Source: Candidatus Marinacidobacterales bacterium (GTDB lineage: Bacteria; Acidobacteriota; Vicinamibacteria; Marinacidobacterales; DATDRI01). From it: DNA of 64,000 nt. The translations under genes and the position numbers were made by a program. The notes beneath the pieces are model-generated. The model worked only from the letters and a program-made list of their open reading frames with translations. It did not search any database and was not told where the DNA came from. The stretch spans positions 1,120,001-1,184,000 of the forward strand of contig OZ245365.1 of assembly GCA_965226495.1 (NCBI GenBank). Reading direction: 5' to 3'. Positions 19,364 through 29,126 of the stretch are shown one piece after another. Position 1 is the stretch's first letter, and each line of letters begins with the position of its first letter.

Positions 19364-20095
19364 TCAGTAGCCCGAGATGCCGCCATCCGCGATCAGGGTC
19401 GTACCGTTCACGTAGGACGCTCGGTTGGAGAGCAGGAACTCGACGCATTCCGCGATCTCCTCGGCTGTTCCCATGCGACCCAAGGGACAACGCTTGAGCG
19501 GTGATTTTTCAGAGGTTGCGACTTTCCGCATGTCGTCGGACATCGCGACATCGATGATCCCGGGGGCGATGGCATTGATACGAATCCCGCGCGGGCCGAG
19601 CTGGTGGGCGTTGTTCCGCGTGAGGCTTTCGAGTGCCGCTTTGGTTGCCCCGTACAAAGCGAGGTCTCCCTGCTCGTTGAGGCGGCAACTGATGCTGCTC
19701 ACGTTCACGATCGCCCCGCCGGCTTTCATGTGCCCGATGGCCGCGGCGGTAACCCGCGCCGCACCAAAGACGTTGATGTCGAACATGCGTTTGGTGTGCT
19801 CATCGTCCCAGCTCCCGGCTTCCGAGGCAATCAATATTCCCGCACAGTTGACGATGGCGGTCAATGGACCCAACCGCGTAGCGCTTTCGACGGCTTCCTG
19901 CACGCTTTCGAGGGAGGTCACATCGAGGTGATGCAAGTAAATCTCGGCCTCGCCGGCTTCCCTAGTCCCGTTTCTCGCGGGGTCGATGGAGGTGTCTCCG
20001 GACAAAACGATATAACCGGCATCGAGCAGTCGCCGGTTGATGGCTCTGCCGATACCGCCTTGGCCTCCCGTGACCAGCGCTACACTAGCTCGCAT
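19364..20095 (-). CDS. Short-chain dehydrogenase/reductase
   Basis: TGGQGGIG, NCAG, YGATK, IRINAIAPG. Confidence 0.93.
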   Translation of the reverse strand: MRASVALVTGGQGGIGRAINRRLLDAGYIVLSGDTSIDPARNGTREAGEAEIYLHHLDVTSLESVQEAVESATRLGPLTAIVNCAGILIASEAGSWDDEHTKRMFDINVFGAARVTAAAIGHMKAGGAIVNVSSISCRLNEQGDLALYGATKAALESLTRNNAHQLGPRGIRINAIAPGIIDVAMSDDMRKVATSEKSPLKRCPLGRMGTAEEIAECVEFLLSNRASYVNGTTLIADGGISGY

Positions 20096-20171
20096 TTCTC
20101 GCGTTATGTCTCGGTTCTCGAAGTCAATATATAATCGCTCGGATCATAGACCGTTGCTGCAGAGAATTCTA

Positions 20172-21446
20172 ATGGCCCAGGCGAAACCGTCCGTCGACAT
20201 CGACCAAGCGAACCAGGAGGCATTCGACTGTTTGTGCAAGTCGGAGCCGATTCTCGTCGACGTGCGCCCGGCCATTGAGGTCGTCCCCGGCATGACGAAG
20301 GAAACCGTTCTGACTTCCGGGCCGCTGATGGCGTGGGGGGACTATGTGGGGGGGCAGAGAGCGGCACTGATCGGTGGCGCCTTGTATGAGGGTTTGGCCC
20401 AGAGCGATGAGGAAGCCGACGGGAAATTCGCGAACGGCGCGATTAAAGTTGGAGGCTGCCAGGCCTACGGTTGCGTCGGGTCTGTCGCCGGGATCTACAC
20501 CGCCACGATGCCGGTCTTCGTTGTAGAGAATCGAACGTATGGGAATACCGGTTTCTGCAATTTCTACGAAGGCAAGACGAAAGACCGCCTTTGCTACGGT
20601 GTCTATAACGCAGAAGTGGTGCGCCGTTTAGGCATCATCCAGAACGTTTTGGGCCCCGTCCTCGGCGAGGCGGTACGGCGGTCGGGGGGAATTGAGCTCA
20701 AGCCGATCATGAAACGGGCCCTCCACATGGGCGACGAGCTGCATAGCCGCAATACCGCGGCGTCCTTTATGTTCTCCGATCTCCTGTTTTCCTACTTGCT
20801 GGATTTGGTGGATGAAGACAGGTTCTCGCGGCAGACTATTAAAGATGTCCTGGCTGCGCTCACCGAAGATAACTATTTTTTTCTGCGGCTTTCAATGGCG
20901 GCCGCCAAGAGTACCGCCGATGCGGCCGGGGGCATCGAGGGCTCCAGTGTCGTCACCGGCATGGCCATCAACTGTCGGGGATTCGCCATCCGGGTAAGCG
21001 GTTTGGGGGATCAATGGTTCTTGGGATCTCACGCCTCGGTGGAGGCGAAGCTCTTCGACGGTCACACCGAAGATGAGATCACCTGGATGGGGGGGGAGAG
21101 CCTGATGGCGGAGACGGTGGGGCTGGGCGGGTTCGCGCAAGCGGCCGCATTCGCCTTACAGGCTTACCAGGGCGGATCTCCTGAAGCCATGGTCGAAAAC
21201 AACAAGGCGATGTACGAGATCACGGTTGGAGAGCACACCGACTACAAGATACCGTTCCTCGCGTATCGAGGAACGCCAACTGGAATCGACATTCGAAGAG
21301 TGCTAGAGAAACGGATCTATCCGGTGATCGATGCTGGCATTCCTGGCCGCGACGGCGGACAGATCGGAGCTGGCGTCGTCAGCGCGCCCAGAGACTGTTT
21401 CGAGATGGCCCACGAGGCATTCACCGAAAAGTATGGCGGCCCGTAA
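20172..21446 (+). CDS. DUF1116 (YlbE/YahG/AllG-like) protein
   Basis: ALHMGDELHSRNTAA, NYFFLRLSMAAAK, FAIRVSGLGDQWF, MAETVGLGGFA, GTPTGID, GGQIGAG. Confidence 0.85.
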   Translation: MAQAKPSVDIDQANQEAFDCLCKSEPILVDVRPAIEVVPGMTKETVLTSGPLMAWGDYVGGQRAALIGGALYEGLAQSDEEADGKFANGAIKVGGCQAYGCVGSVAGIYTATMPVFVVENRTYGNTGFCNFYEGKTKDRLCYGVYNAEVVRRLGIIQNVLGPVLGEAVRRSGGIELKPIMKRALHMGDELHSRNTAASFMFSDLLFSYLLDLVDEDRFSRQTIKDVLAALTEDNYFFLRLSMAAAKSTADAAGGIEGSSVVTGMAINCRGFAIRVSGLGDQWFLGSHASVEAKLFDGHTEDEITWMGGESLMAETVGLGGFAQAAAFALQAYQGGSPEAMVENNKAMYEITVGEHTDYKIPFLAYRGTPTGIDIRRVLEKRIYPVIDAGIPGRDGGQIGAGVVSAPRDCFEMAHEAFTEKYGGP

Positions 21447-21571
21447 GGGCCGCCCGGCCGGGAGGAATTGCTCACGAATTGAACGGCAAGGGAACCCGGC
21501 CGTGGTTTTAGGCCCGAGCGCAGCCGCTTGCCGGCGAAGCATGAGGCGTGGGGGTGGGGCCCCGCGCCATT
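21438..21571 (+). repeat. Intergenic repeat family B, long (~130 bp) copy
   Basis: CCGGCCGGGAGGAATTG..CAAGGGAACC(C)GGCCGTG..AGGCCCGAGCG..GCGTGGGGGTGGGGCCCCGCG aligns with the reverse complement of 53776-53900. Confidence 0.85.
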
Positions 21572-21638
21572 TATTGAGGAGTGAGGGCGCACTGATTAGA
21601 GACTTCGCGACGCGTTACGACGGAAGAGTGGACGGGAC

Positions 21639-22574
21639 ATGCCCTTACACCCGAAACTAAAAGAATTGCTGGATCAGCCAGCCGATCCGAATGCGAAGCC
21701 GATCGAGGAGATCCCCATCGAGGAGATTCGACGCCAATTCAACGAGGAGATCGCGGCCATCGACAAACCCGGCCCGGAAATGAAAGACATCCTAGATCGG
21801 GCCGTCGACGTTGGCGACGCGGAGATCCAGGTTCGATGGTACATCCCGAGCACGCTTTCAGCGGAAAGCGGCAATCCAGTCCTCGTGTTTTTTCATGGAG
21901 GGGGTTGGATTCAGGGCAACATCGCGACTCATGACTCGATGTGCCGCGTGTTGGCTCACGATGGGCGGAGTCTGGTCTGCTCGGTGGACTATCGCCTCGC
22001 TCCCGAGAACAAGTTTCCCGTTCCCTTGAACGACAGCTACGCCGCGACGAAGTGGGCCCACCAAAACGCCGCCAAGTTCGGTGGCGATCCCGGCCGGCTG
22101 GCAGTAGGCGGTGACAGCGCCGGTGGCAACCTGGCGGCGGCGATCTCGCTCAAAGCCCGTGATGAAGGATCGACGCCAATCGCCTTTCAACTACTCTTAT
22201 ATCCGGTGACGGACCTTGCCAGCGACACGGAATCGAAACAGAAGTTCTCCAAAGGGTATTGGTTGGACACCCTGGAGTTCTTGATTCAGAGCTACGTTGC
22301 TAAGGAAGGGGACAAAACCAACCCGTTAGCGTCGCCACTACGGGCGGAGAATTTTTCCGGTTTACCACCTGCGTATATCGTAACTGCGGGCCACGATCCG
22401 CTCCGAGACGAAGGAAAAGAGTATGCAACCAGGCTTCGGGAAGCTGGAGTCGCTGCGAAGTACGATTGCTATGAGTCCATGATTCATGGCTTCATCTCCA
22501 TTCGCGGCATCGTGGATGAGGGAGAAAGGGCCTTACAGGCGTGTGCAGCTTCCCTCCGCGAGGCATTCGACTAG
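21639..22574 (+). CDS. Alpha/beta hydrolase, HSL family esterase
   Basis: HGGGW, VDYRLAPE, GDSAGG, DPLRDEG, HGF. Confidence 0.93.
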   Translation: MPLHPKLKELLDQPADPNAKPIEEIPIEEIRRQFNEEIAAIDKPGPEMKDILDRAVDVGDAEIQVRWYIPSTLSAESGNPVLVFFHGGGWIQGNIATHDSMCRVLAHDGRSLVCSVDYRLAPENKFPVPLNDSYAATKWAHQNAAKFGGDPGRLAVGGDSAGGNLAAAISLKARDEGSTPIAFQLLLYPVTDLASDTESKQKFSKGYWLDTLEFLIQSYVAKEGDKTNPLASPLRAENFSGLPPAYIVTAGHDPLRDEGKEYATRLREAGVAAKYDCYESMIHGFISIRGIVDEGERALQACAASLREAFD

Positions 22575-22611
22575 CGCACTTGGCGCGGATCCGCGGCTTG
22601 TGTTTTAATAG

Positions 22612-22767
22612 CCGCCGACCAGTAGGCTGTACCAACGAAGTTGGTACCACCTCTATCACCTCTCCCCCGAAAGCGGGGGAGAGGTCGTCCGCCGAAGGCG
22701 GGCGGGTGAGGGGGTGCGTTGATAGTGGCGATGAAGTCCACTATCGATTTCATTGCTACAGTCCACT
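22612..22767. repeat. ~155-bp palindromic intergenic repeat (family A), copy 2, inverted relative to copy 1
   Basis: Aligns to the reverse complement of 28-183 along the whole length, with scattered substitutions. Confidence 0.9.
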
Positions 22768-22799
22768 GCGCTCGGCCAGCATCGACGGGAGACGCTGTC

Positions 22800-23918
22800 A
22801 TGGCAAGAGACGGAAGGAACATCGACTTCGGTTTCGTAGCCTCCGCGGCCGGCGCACCCGGCGCCTCGGATTCCGAGACGTATGAGAATATACTCGGTGA
22901 CTGCGAGGAATACTCTGCGCTGGGTTACAGTACGGCCTGGGTCCTCGAGCACCACTTCTCGGACTATTTCCCCACGCCGGACCCGGTAGCCTTGCTCCAC
23001 TTCATCGGAGCCCGGTTTCCAAAACTCAATTTGGGCACGTGCGTCATCGTGACGCCATGGTACGAACCCCTGCGGTTGGCAGGAGCCATCGCACAGCTCA
23101 ATACGTTCACCGAACGTGAGCTCCACCTGGGTTTGGGGCGGGGGGCGGCAAAGTACGAGTACGATCGCTTCGGTCGTGACATGGAAGCGTCACGCCCACG
23201 GTTCAAGGAGACGTTGGATATCCTTCGCCTCGCGCTTCGCGGAGAGCCGTTTACGTACCAGGGCAAGATCTTTCAGATGACGAAGGAGACCAGGGTTCGT
23301 CCGCGCACCAATGCGGAGAAGATCCACTTCTATGGCGCCATCGGGAGCCCGGGCTCGGCGGCGATCATGGCAGAGCTCGGGATCCCGCCAATGTGCACAA
23401 CCATCGGTGACTATGAAGCACAAAAACGCACGTTGGATGCGTGGAAGGACGAGGCCCGCTCGAAAGGGGCTTCGACCGACGTGAAATTTCCGATCATGGT
23501 CAACTGCGTCATCGCCGATACCGATGAAGAGGCTGTCGAGGAAGCCCAGCTTTACATGCCGCGGTTCATGCAGGCCCAAGTGGATCACTACACGGTCGAT
23601 GAGACCGATTGGGAGAACATCAAGAGCTACGAGGCTTGGAAGAGGATATTCTCCGGTCTCAAGTCGAGATGTGATCCCGAGAACATCCCAGCTTGGACGA
23701 AGTGGCAGTTTGTCGGGACGCCGGAGACCGTGCGAGAGAGAGTGCAGGCCTATATCGACGCGGGATTCAACACGTTCCTCATCCACACTGCGACGCCAGA
23801 CGTGCCGGTCGAGCCGCGGCGCCAATGGACTCGAAGATTCGCCACCGAGGTCGCACCTCACTTCTCCTCTTCATTCGGGGCTGGCCGTCGGCAACAGGTA
23901 TCCCAGGTCGATCGGTAA
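22800..23918 (+). CDS. Luciferase-like (LLM class) flavin-dependent monooxygenase
   Basis: AWVLEHHFS, PLRLA, LGLGRG..KYEYDRFG, VGTPETVRERV. Confidence 0.9.
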   Translation: MARDGRNIDFGFVASAAGAPGASDSETYENILGDCEEYSALGYSTAWVLEHHFSDYFPTPDPVALLHFIGARFPKLNLGTCVIVTPWYEPLRLAGAIAQLNTFTERELHLGLGRGAAKYEYDRFGRDMEASRPRFKETLDILRLALRGEPFTYQGKIFQMTKETRVRPRTNAEKIHFYGAIGSPGSAAIMAELGIPPMCTTIGDYEAQKRTLDAWKDEARSKGASTDVKFPIMVNCVIADTDEEAVEEAQLYMPRFMQAQVDHYTVDETDWENIKSYEAWKRIFSGLKSRCDPENIPAWTKWQFVGTPETVRERVQAYIDAGFNTFLIHTATPDVPVEPRRQWTRRFATEVAPHFSSSFGAGRRQQVSQVDR

Positions 23919-23919
23919 G

Positions 23920-25338
23920 ATGTTCAGTCCGAGCGAGATGAAAGCGCGCGCCGAGGCGGCGAAGGGACCCGCCGCCGCCTTAGCGGAGCGGGGTGCCAAG
24001 TTTGTGCAAATCGAAGTCCCCGACATCAACGGGACGGTGCGCGGCAAGATCGCGGGCATCAAGAAGGCACTCTCCCCGGCCGGAACGGCCTTGTCGACGT
24101 TGATGGTCTCTTTCCGGAGCCGTGACGAAGTCAGTCTGACGCCCTTCAGCAACTTCGACAACGCGTTCCCGAAATTCGTGGCGGTTCCCGACACGTCGAC
24201 CGTGGTGAGCTGGCCGTGGAGCCGGGACATGGGGGCGGTTCTCTGTGACCTTTATATGGAAGACGGATCACCTTGTCCCATGGATGCCCGCCAGATTCTG
24301 AAGAACGTCGTCGCCGAGTACCACAAGCTGGATCTCGAGCCGCGAGCGGCCATCGAGTACGAGTTCTACGTGTACGAAGCCGACGACACGCTAATGCGCG
24401 AGGGTCGATACCGGGAGCTCAAGACCTTCGGACGAGGTTGGGATTGCTACAGCGTGGCTCGGTTCCCGACTTTCCAGCCTCTGGCCAAAGAGTTCCTTAC
24501 CCGCATGGAGGGGATCGGGATCGATGTCGAAGCGTTCCACACCGAGCTGGGCCACGGGATGCTCGAGTTCACCATGGGGCACGAATCACCGGTGAAAGCG
24601 GCCGATGACGCAGTGCGGACCAAGCTCTATTTCAAGCAACTGTGCGCCGAGCAAGGTCTGGTCGTGTCTTTCATGCCGGCTATCTACGTGGGTACGGGTG
24701 ATTCAGCGAGCGGTGCGCACCATCATCTGAGTTTCTGGCGTGACGGGAAGAACATCAGCTGGGATCCGGACAAGAAGACGCTCGGCGCGGTGACGCGAAA
24801 GGTCGCCGCCGGCATGATGGACACCATGACCGATTTCCATCTTGTGTTTCGGCCGTGGGTTAACTCCTACCGCCGGATGAACTACCTGCAGTGGAACCCG
24901 GAGAACACCTCGTGGGGTCTCGACAATCACACCACGGCGATTCGTGTCGTACATGGCGCGGTACCAGCACAGCAGACCCGGCTGGAGCACCGGACGCCCG
25001 GATCCGACGTGAACCCGTACCTCAGTCTAGCGGTGATGCTGCTAGGGGGGCTCTACGGAATCCAAAACGATCTCGACCCTGGGGCGTACGCGGATGGCGA
25101 TCCCATGAAATACGATCGGTTTCAGCTTCTGCCGAAGACACTTCCCGATTCCATCAAAGCCTTCCAGGAATCGAGGCACACGCGCGCCATGCTCGGAGAA
25201 GCGTTTGTCGACCATTTCGCGGCGCTCAAGAACGACGAATGGAAGGACTTCACCAAGTGGACCGAGGACAAGGGTGTCCCGCTCTCCACCGAAGACGTGA
25301 CCGATTGGGAGTTCCAGCACTACTTCGTTTGGGCTTAA
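23920..25338 (+). CDS. Glutamine synthetase-like gamma-glutamyl ligase (PuuA/GmaS-type, not canonical GlnA)
   Basis: DINGTVRGK, IEYEFY, HTELGHGMLE, SGAHHHLSFW, NSYRR, WGLDNHTTAIR, RLEHRTPGSDVNPYL. Confidence 0.88.
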   Translation: MFSPSEMKARAEAAKGPAAALAERGAKFVQIEVPDINGTVRGKIAGIKKALSPAGTALSTLMVSFRSRDEVSLTPFSNFDNAFPKFVAVPDTSTVVSWPWSRDMGAVLCDLYMEDGSPCPMDARQILKNVVAEYHKLDLEPRAAIEYEFYVYEADDTLMREGRYRELKTFGRGWDCYSVARFPTFQPLAKEFLTRMEGIGIDVEAFHTELGHGMLEFTMGHESPVKAADDAVRTKLYFKQLCAEQGLVVSFMPAIYVGTGDSASGAHHHLSFWRDGKNISWDPDKKTLGAVTRKVAAGMMDTMTDFHLVFRPWVNSYRRMNYLQWNPENTSWGLDNHTTAIRVVHGAVPAQQTRLEHRTPGSDVNPYLSLAVMLLGGLYGIQNDLDPGAYADGDPMKYDRFQLLPKTLPDSIKAFQESRHTRAMLGEAFVDHFAALKNDEWKDFTKWTEDKGVPLSTEDVTDWEFQHYFVWA

Positions 25339-25342
25339 CCGC

Positions 25343-25374
25343 CTGTCAGGCTGTCAGGCTGTCAGGCTGTCAGG
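25343..25374. repeat. Tandem repeat (CTGTCAGG)4 between convergent genes
   Basis: Four perfect 8-bp units read directly from the sequence. Confidence 0.9.
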
Positions 25375-25632
25375 CTACTTCTTCCGCGCTTTGGCCTTCT
25401 TCTTGGGCTTCTTTTGGGAAGTCTTCTTGGCTTGCTTTCTTAGCTTCGCGGCATCCCGCTTCAAGGCCGCAATCTCCCGGTCGATAGCGCGAAGCTCTTT
25501 CTTCACGGCACTGTTTGCCGAGGCGGCGCTCTTCTTCGCCTTCTTACTCCATCCCGCAGCACTCTTCTTGATCTTTTTGCCAATCGCTGTCGCGCTTTTC
25601 CTCGCCTTTCGCAAGGTTGCCGCAATCACCAT
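25375..25632 (-). CDS. Small Lys/Ala-rich basic protein (histone H1/Hc1-like candidate)
   Basis: 85 aa, very K/A-rich with a central coiled coil; AGGAGAG and GGAG motifs lie upstream of the ATG. Confidence 0.65.
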   Translation of the reverse strand: MVIAATLRKARKSATAIGKKIKKSAAGWSKKAKKSAASANSAVKKELRAIDREIAALKRDAAKLRKQAKKTSQKKPKKKAKARKK

Positions 25633-25794
25633 GTCTCCGCTCTCCTTTGTGAGGGTTATGGCTCAATTATAAGTGTAATCGAGGGTCTTGGAGCCCTTAG
25701 TGGCTCCTTGCTTTTGGACCGCCCTATCATCAATAATACGTTCCCATCTCGGCTCGGTCCTCAGTTTTCATCACATTCGTTGTGAGGTGACTTC

Positions 25795-28509
25795 ATGGAA
25801 GGCCAAACCATCCAACATTACAAGATCGCCGAAAGAATCGGAAAGGGCGGCATGGGTGAGGTCTACCGCGCGACCGACACCAAGCTGAATCGCGACGTAG
25901 CGATCAAGGTCATTCCCGATCTCTTCGCCAAGGATCCCGATCGGATGGCACGGTTCAGCCGTGAGGCGCAGGTACTCGCCTCGCTGAACCACCCCAACAT
26001 CGCCGCGATTCATGGGCTGGAGGAGTCAGAAGGGAAGCGGGCTCTGGTCATGGAGCTCGTCGATGGCGAGACCCTGCAGGAGCGTATCAAGCGAGGCGCG
26101 GTCCCGGTCGAAGAGGCTCTCAAGTACGCGAAGCAGATTGCCGAAGCGCTCGAAGAGGCACATGAGCACGGTTTCATTCATCGGGATCTGAAACCGGCCA
26201 ATATCAAGATCACCTCGAACGGCATGGTGAAGGTTCTCGATTTTGGCTTAGCCAAGGCCATGGAAGGCGAGTCGAGCTCCGGGTCTTCTCCCGACCTCAG
26301 TCAGTCACCGACTCTCAGTGCGGCTGCGACTGCGGCCGGCGTCATTCTTGGCACCGCGGCCTACATGAGCCCGGAGCAGGCGCGCGGGCAGAAGGTAGAT
26401 CGGCGCGCGGATATCTGGTCTTTCGGTGTCGTGCTCTACGAGATGCTCACCGGTAGATCGGTGTACTCCGGCGAGACGGTGTCCGACGTTCTGGCAAAAG
26501 TTCTAGAGCGGGAGCCGGATTGGGACTCGTTGCCTAAGGACACGCCAGCGAGCACTCAGCGTCTTCTTCGACGATGCTTCGAGAAAAATGTGAGGCAGCG
26601 TCTCCAGTCGATGGGCGACGCGCGCATCGTCATCGACGAGTATCTGTCCAACCCGGCCGCCGAGTCGACGGTAATTGCGGGGCCGGCGGCTGCAACGACC
26701 CCGCCTCTGGCGACGCGCGTGCTCCCTTGGGCACTGTTCGGCGTGGCGGCTCTGGTCGCAGCCCTCGTTGCTCTTTCTCCTGGCCCGGCACCCGAGCCTC
26801 CTCTGAAGCTGAGTGTCGAGGTTGGCGCCGAACCCATTTGGAACGTTCTCGGTTCCAGCGTCGTCCTCTCGCCGGACGGAACCCGCATCGCCTACATCGT
26901 GGGCGACGGTAACCAGAGGGAAGTCCGCGTCCGCTCGCTGGATCAGTTGGAAGGGTTGACCGTCGCAACGGGAGCTCCATACCATCCCTTCTTTTCGCCC
27001 GACGGCCAGTGGATCGGATACGTGACGCCCAGCGAAATGCAAAAGGTTCCGCTCAGCGGAGGAACAGCGATGACCCTGTGCGAGGTCGAGCGCAGCCGCG
27101 GCGCCAGCTGGGGGCCCGATGACATGATTATTTTCGCTCCCAGCCCCAACAGTGCCTTGCTTCAGGTACCCGCGGCGGGAGGAGAGCCCAAGCCTCTGAC
27201 CACCCTCGACGAGTCCAACGGGGAGGCGAGCCATCGTTGGCCTCAGGTGCTACCTGGAGGCGAGGCGGTTTTGTTTACTTCTCATAGTCAGGCGGGCGGA
27301 GGTTTCGACAGCGCCAACGTCGAAGTGCTCCTGATCGCGACCGGGGAGCGGAAGGTGCTGCGTCGGGGCGGCTCCTACGGTCGTTACTTGCCGTCGGGGC
27401 ACTTGGTGTATGTGAACCAGGCGACTCTTTTCGCGATGCCCTTCGACTTGAGAAAACTTGAAGTGACCGGCTCGCCCGCTCCGGTCGTGCAGGATGTCTC
27501 ATGGGGCGTCGCCCACGGTGGGGCTCAGTTCAGCGTGTCCGAGACCGGGAGGCTTGCCTACATAGCAGGGGATAACACCGTTCCCGAGTACCCGGTGGCA
27601 TGGGTGGAACGAAACGGCGGAAGCGCTCCTCTCTTCGATGAGCTCGGGAGTTATGGCAACCCTCGGTTATCACCCGACGGCAAACGTCTCTCGCTGACGG
27701 TTCTCCGCGATGGCAACTGGGACATTTGGGTTTACGATCTGGAGCGAGGTGTCTCTACACGTCTGACCTTCGATGAAGCCGTCGACACGGAACAGGTGTG
27801 GTCTCCCGACGGAGAATTCATTGTGTTCAGTTCGGACCGTCATGGAGGAGCGGAAAACCTGTATCGGAAGCGCGCCGACGGATCGGGAGAGTTGGAGCGG
27901 CTGACAGAGGACGAGACGGACCAGTGGGCGAGCTCCTGGTCTCCCGACGGCCGCCACATCGCTTACATGTCAGCCGCAAACGCTTTCGATGTGTGGGTGC
28001 TTCCTCTCGAGGGTGATCGCAAGCCCGAGCTTTTTCTGAGCACGCCCTTTAGGGAATACGCTGGGGAATTCTCCCCTGACGGCCGCTGGCTTGCCTACGT
28101 CTCCAATGAATCGGACCGTTTCGAGGTGTATGTACGACCCTTCCCATCGAGGGGGGGGAAGTGGCAGGTTTCGGACGGTGGGGGCGATTTTCCCCGGTGG
28201 TCACAAGACGGCCGCCAGCTCTTCTACCGGACCGACAGCGGGATGATGGTCGCCTCCGTAGAGACGGCGGGAGACACGTTTCGGGCAGGGAAGCCTCGAC
28301 AGTTGTTTGAAGGGGTCTTTCGCGGCGGGATCGGAGGCGTGGGCTTCGCCGGAAACAGTTTCGCCGACTACGACGTCTCCAGCGACGGCCAACGGTTCGT
28401 GATGTTTCCGGCTGCCGAAGCTTCTGGGCAGGCAGAGCATCCACATATCACGTTGGTAACCAACTGGTTCGACGATCTCCGCCGCACATTCTCTGGCGGC
28501 TCAAACTGA
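25795..28509 (+). CDS. Hanks-type Ser/Thr protein kinase with TM segment and TolB-like PD40 beta-propeller
   Basis: IGKGGMGEVY, VAIK, HRDLKPAN, DFGLAK, GTAAYMSPEQ, DIWSFG; repeated SPDG motifs. Confidence 0.95.
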   Translation: MEGQTIQHYKIAERIGKGGMGEVYRATDTKLNRDVAIKVIPDLFAKDPDRMARFSREAQVLASLNHPNIAAIHGLEESEGKRALVMELVDGETLQERIKRGAVPVEEALKYAKQIAEALEEAHEHGFIHRDLKPANIKITSNGMVKVLDFGLAKAMEGESSSGSSPDLSQSPTLSAAATAAGVILGTAAYMSPEQARGQKVDRRADIWSFGVVLYEMLTGRSVYSGETVSDVLAKVLEREPDWDSLPKDTPASTQRLLRRCFEKNVRQRLQSMGDARIVIDEYLSNPAAESTVIAGPAAATTPPLATRVLPWALFGVAALVAALVALSPGPAPEPPLKLSVEVGAEPIWNVLGSSVVLSPDGTRIAYIVGDGNQREVRVRSLDQLEGLTVATGAPYHPFFSPDGQWIGYVTPSEMQKVPLSGGTAMTLCEVERSRGASWGPDDMIIFAPSPNSALLQVPAAGGEPKPLTTLDESNGEASHRWPQVLPGGEAVLFTSHSQAGGGFDSANVEVLLIATGERKVLRRGGSYGRYLPSGHLVYVNQATLFAMPFDLRKLEVTGSPAPVVQDVSWGVAHGGAQFSVSETGRLAYIAGDNTVPEYPVAWVERNGGSAPLFDELGSYGNPRLSPDGKRLSLTVLRDGNWDIWVYDLERGVSTRLTFDEAVDTEQVWSPDGEFIVFSSDRHGGAENLYRKRADGSGELERLTEDETDQWASSWSPDGRHIAYMSAANAFDVWVLPLEGDRKPELFLSTPFREYAGEFSPDGRWLAYVSNESDRFEVYVRPFPSRGGKWQVSDGGGDFPRWSQDGRQLFYRTDSGMMVASVETAGDTFRAGKPRQLFEGVFRGGIGGVGFAGNSFADYDVSSDGQRFVMFPAAEASGQAEHPHITLVTNWFDDLRRTFSGGSN

Positions 28510-28526
28510 TTCGGAAGGACTCTTAG

Positions 28527-29120
28527 ATGATACGACTCACGCAGAAAATTGTTCTAGCCGTTGGACTCATTGCTGTAGTCGCCTGCGGTGGTACGAAGCT
28601 CTCGGGTACTTGGCAAGATCCGAACATGGCGGGGGTGCCGTTTAAGAAAGTGATCGTTCTTACTCTGGCCAAGGACAAGATCATGCGGCGTGTCGCCGAG
28701 GACGAGTTTGTGAACAGCCTTCCCAAGAACACGCAGGGGGTCCAGTCTTACAATCTGATTCCGGACGACGAGCTCAAAGACGAGGCAAAGGTAAGAGCCC
28801 GGCTCGAGAAGGCCAATTTCGACGGCGCCGCGGTTTTGCGGCTCGTGGGAACGGACAACCAAGTGACCTACAACCCAGGCACGATCATGTATTCGTTTTG
28901 GGGATACTATGGCTATGCCTCTCCCTTCGTGTACGACACCAGCTACGTGACATCGGAGCAGGTCGTGCGTGTCGAGACTGCGGTCTACTCCATGGCCACC
29001 GAGAAACTGATCTGGTCGGGTGTCAGCGAGAGTATGAATCCGAGCTCGGCTAAGAGTGTCGTGGACGATGTCGTCCGCGTCGTCGTCACCGATCTCAAAC
29101 GACTCGGAATCGTCAGGTAG
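28527..29120 (+). CDS. Lipoprotein (DUF4136-like)
   Basis: VVAC lipobox, RRVAEDEF, Tyr/Gly-rich loop, KLIWSG. Confidence 0.7.
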   Translation: MIRLTQKIVLAVGLIAVVACGGTKLSGTWQDPNMAGVPFKKVIVLTLAKDKIMRRVAEDEFVNSLPKNTQGVQSYNLIPDDELKDEAKVRARLEKANFDGAAVLRLVGTDNQVTYNPGTIMYSFWGYYGYASPFVYDTSYVTSEQVVRVETAVYSMATEKLIWSGVSESMNPSSAKSVVDDVVRVVVTDLKRLGIVR

Positions 29121-29126
29121 CTCGAC

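Noticed and set aside
23524-23919. Long N-terminal extensions in the ORF track (also at 852, 2936, 20037, 22719, 38128, 59560, 61843)
   Set aside because: They overlap neighbouring genes or repeats and look non-coding; downstream ATGs fit RBS position or family N-termini better.
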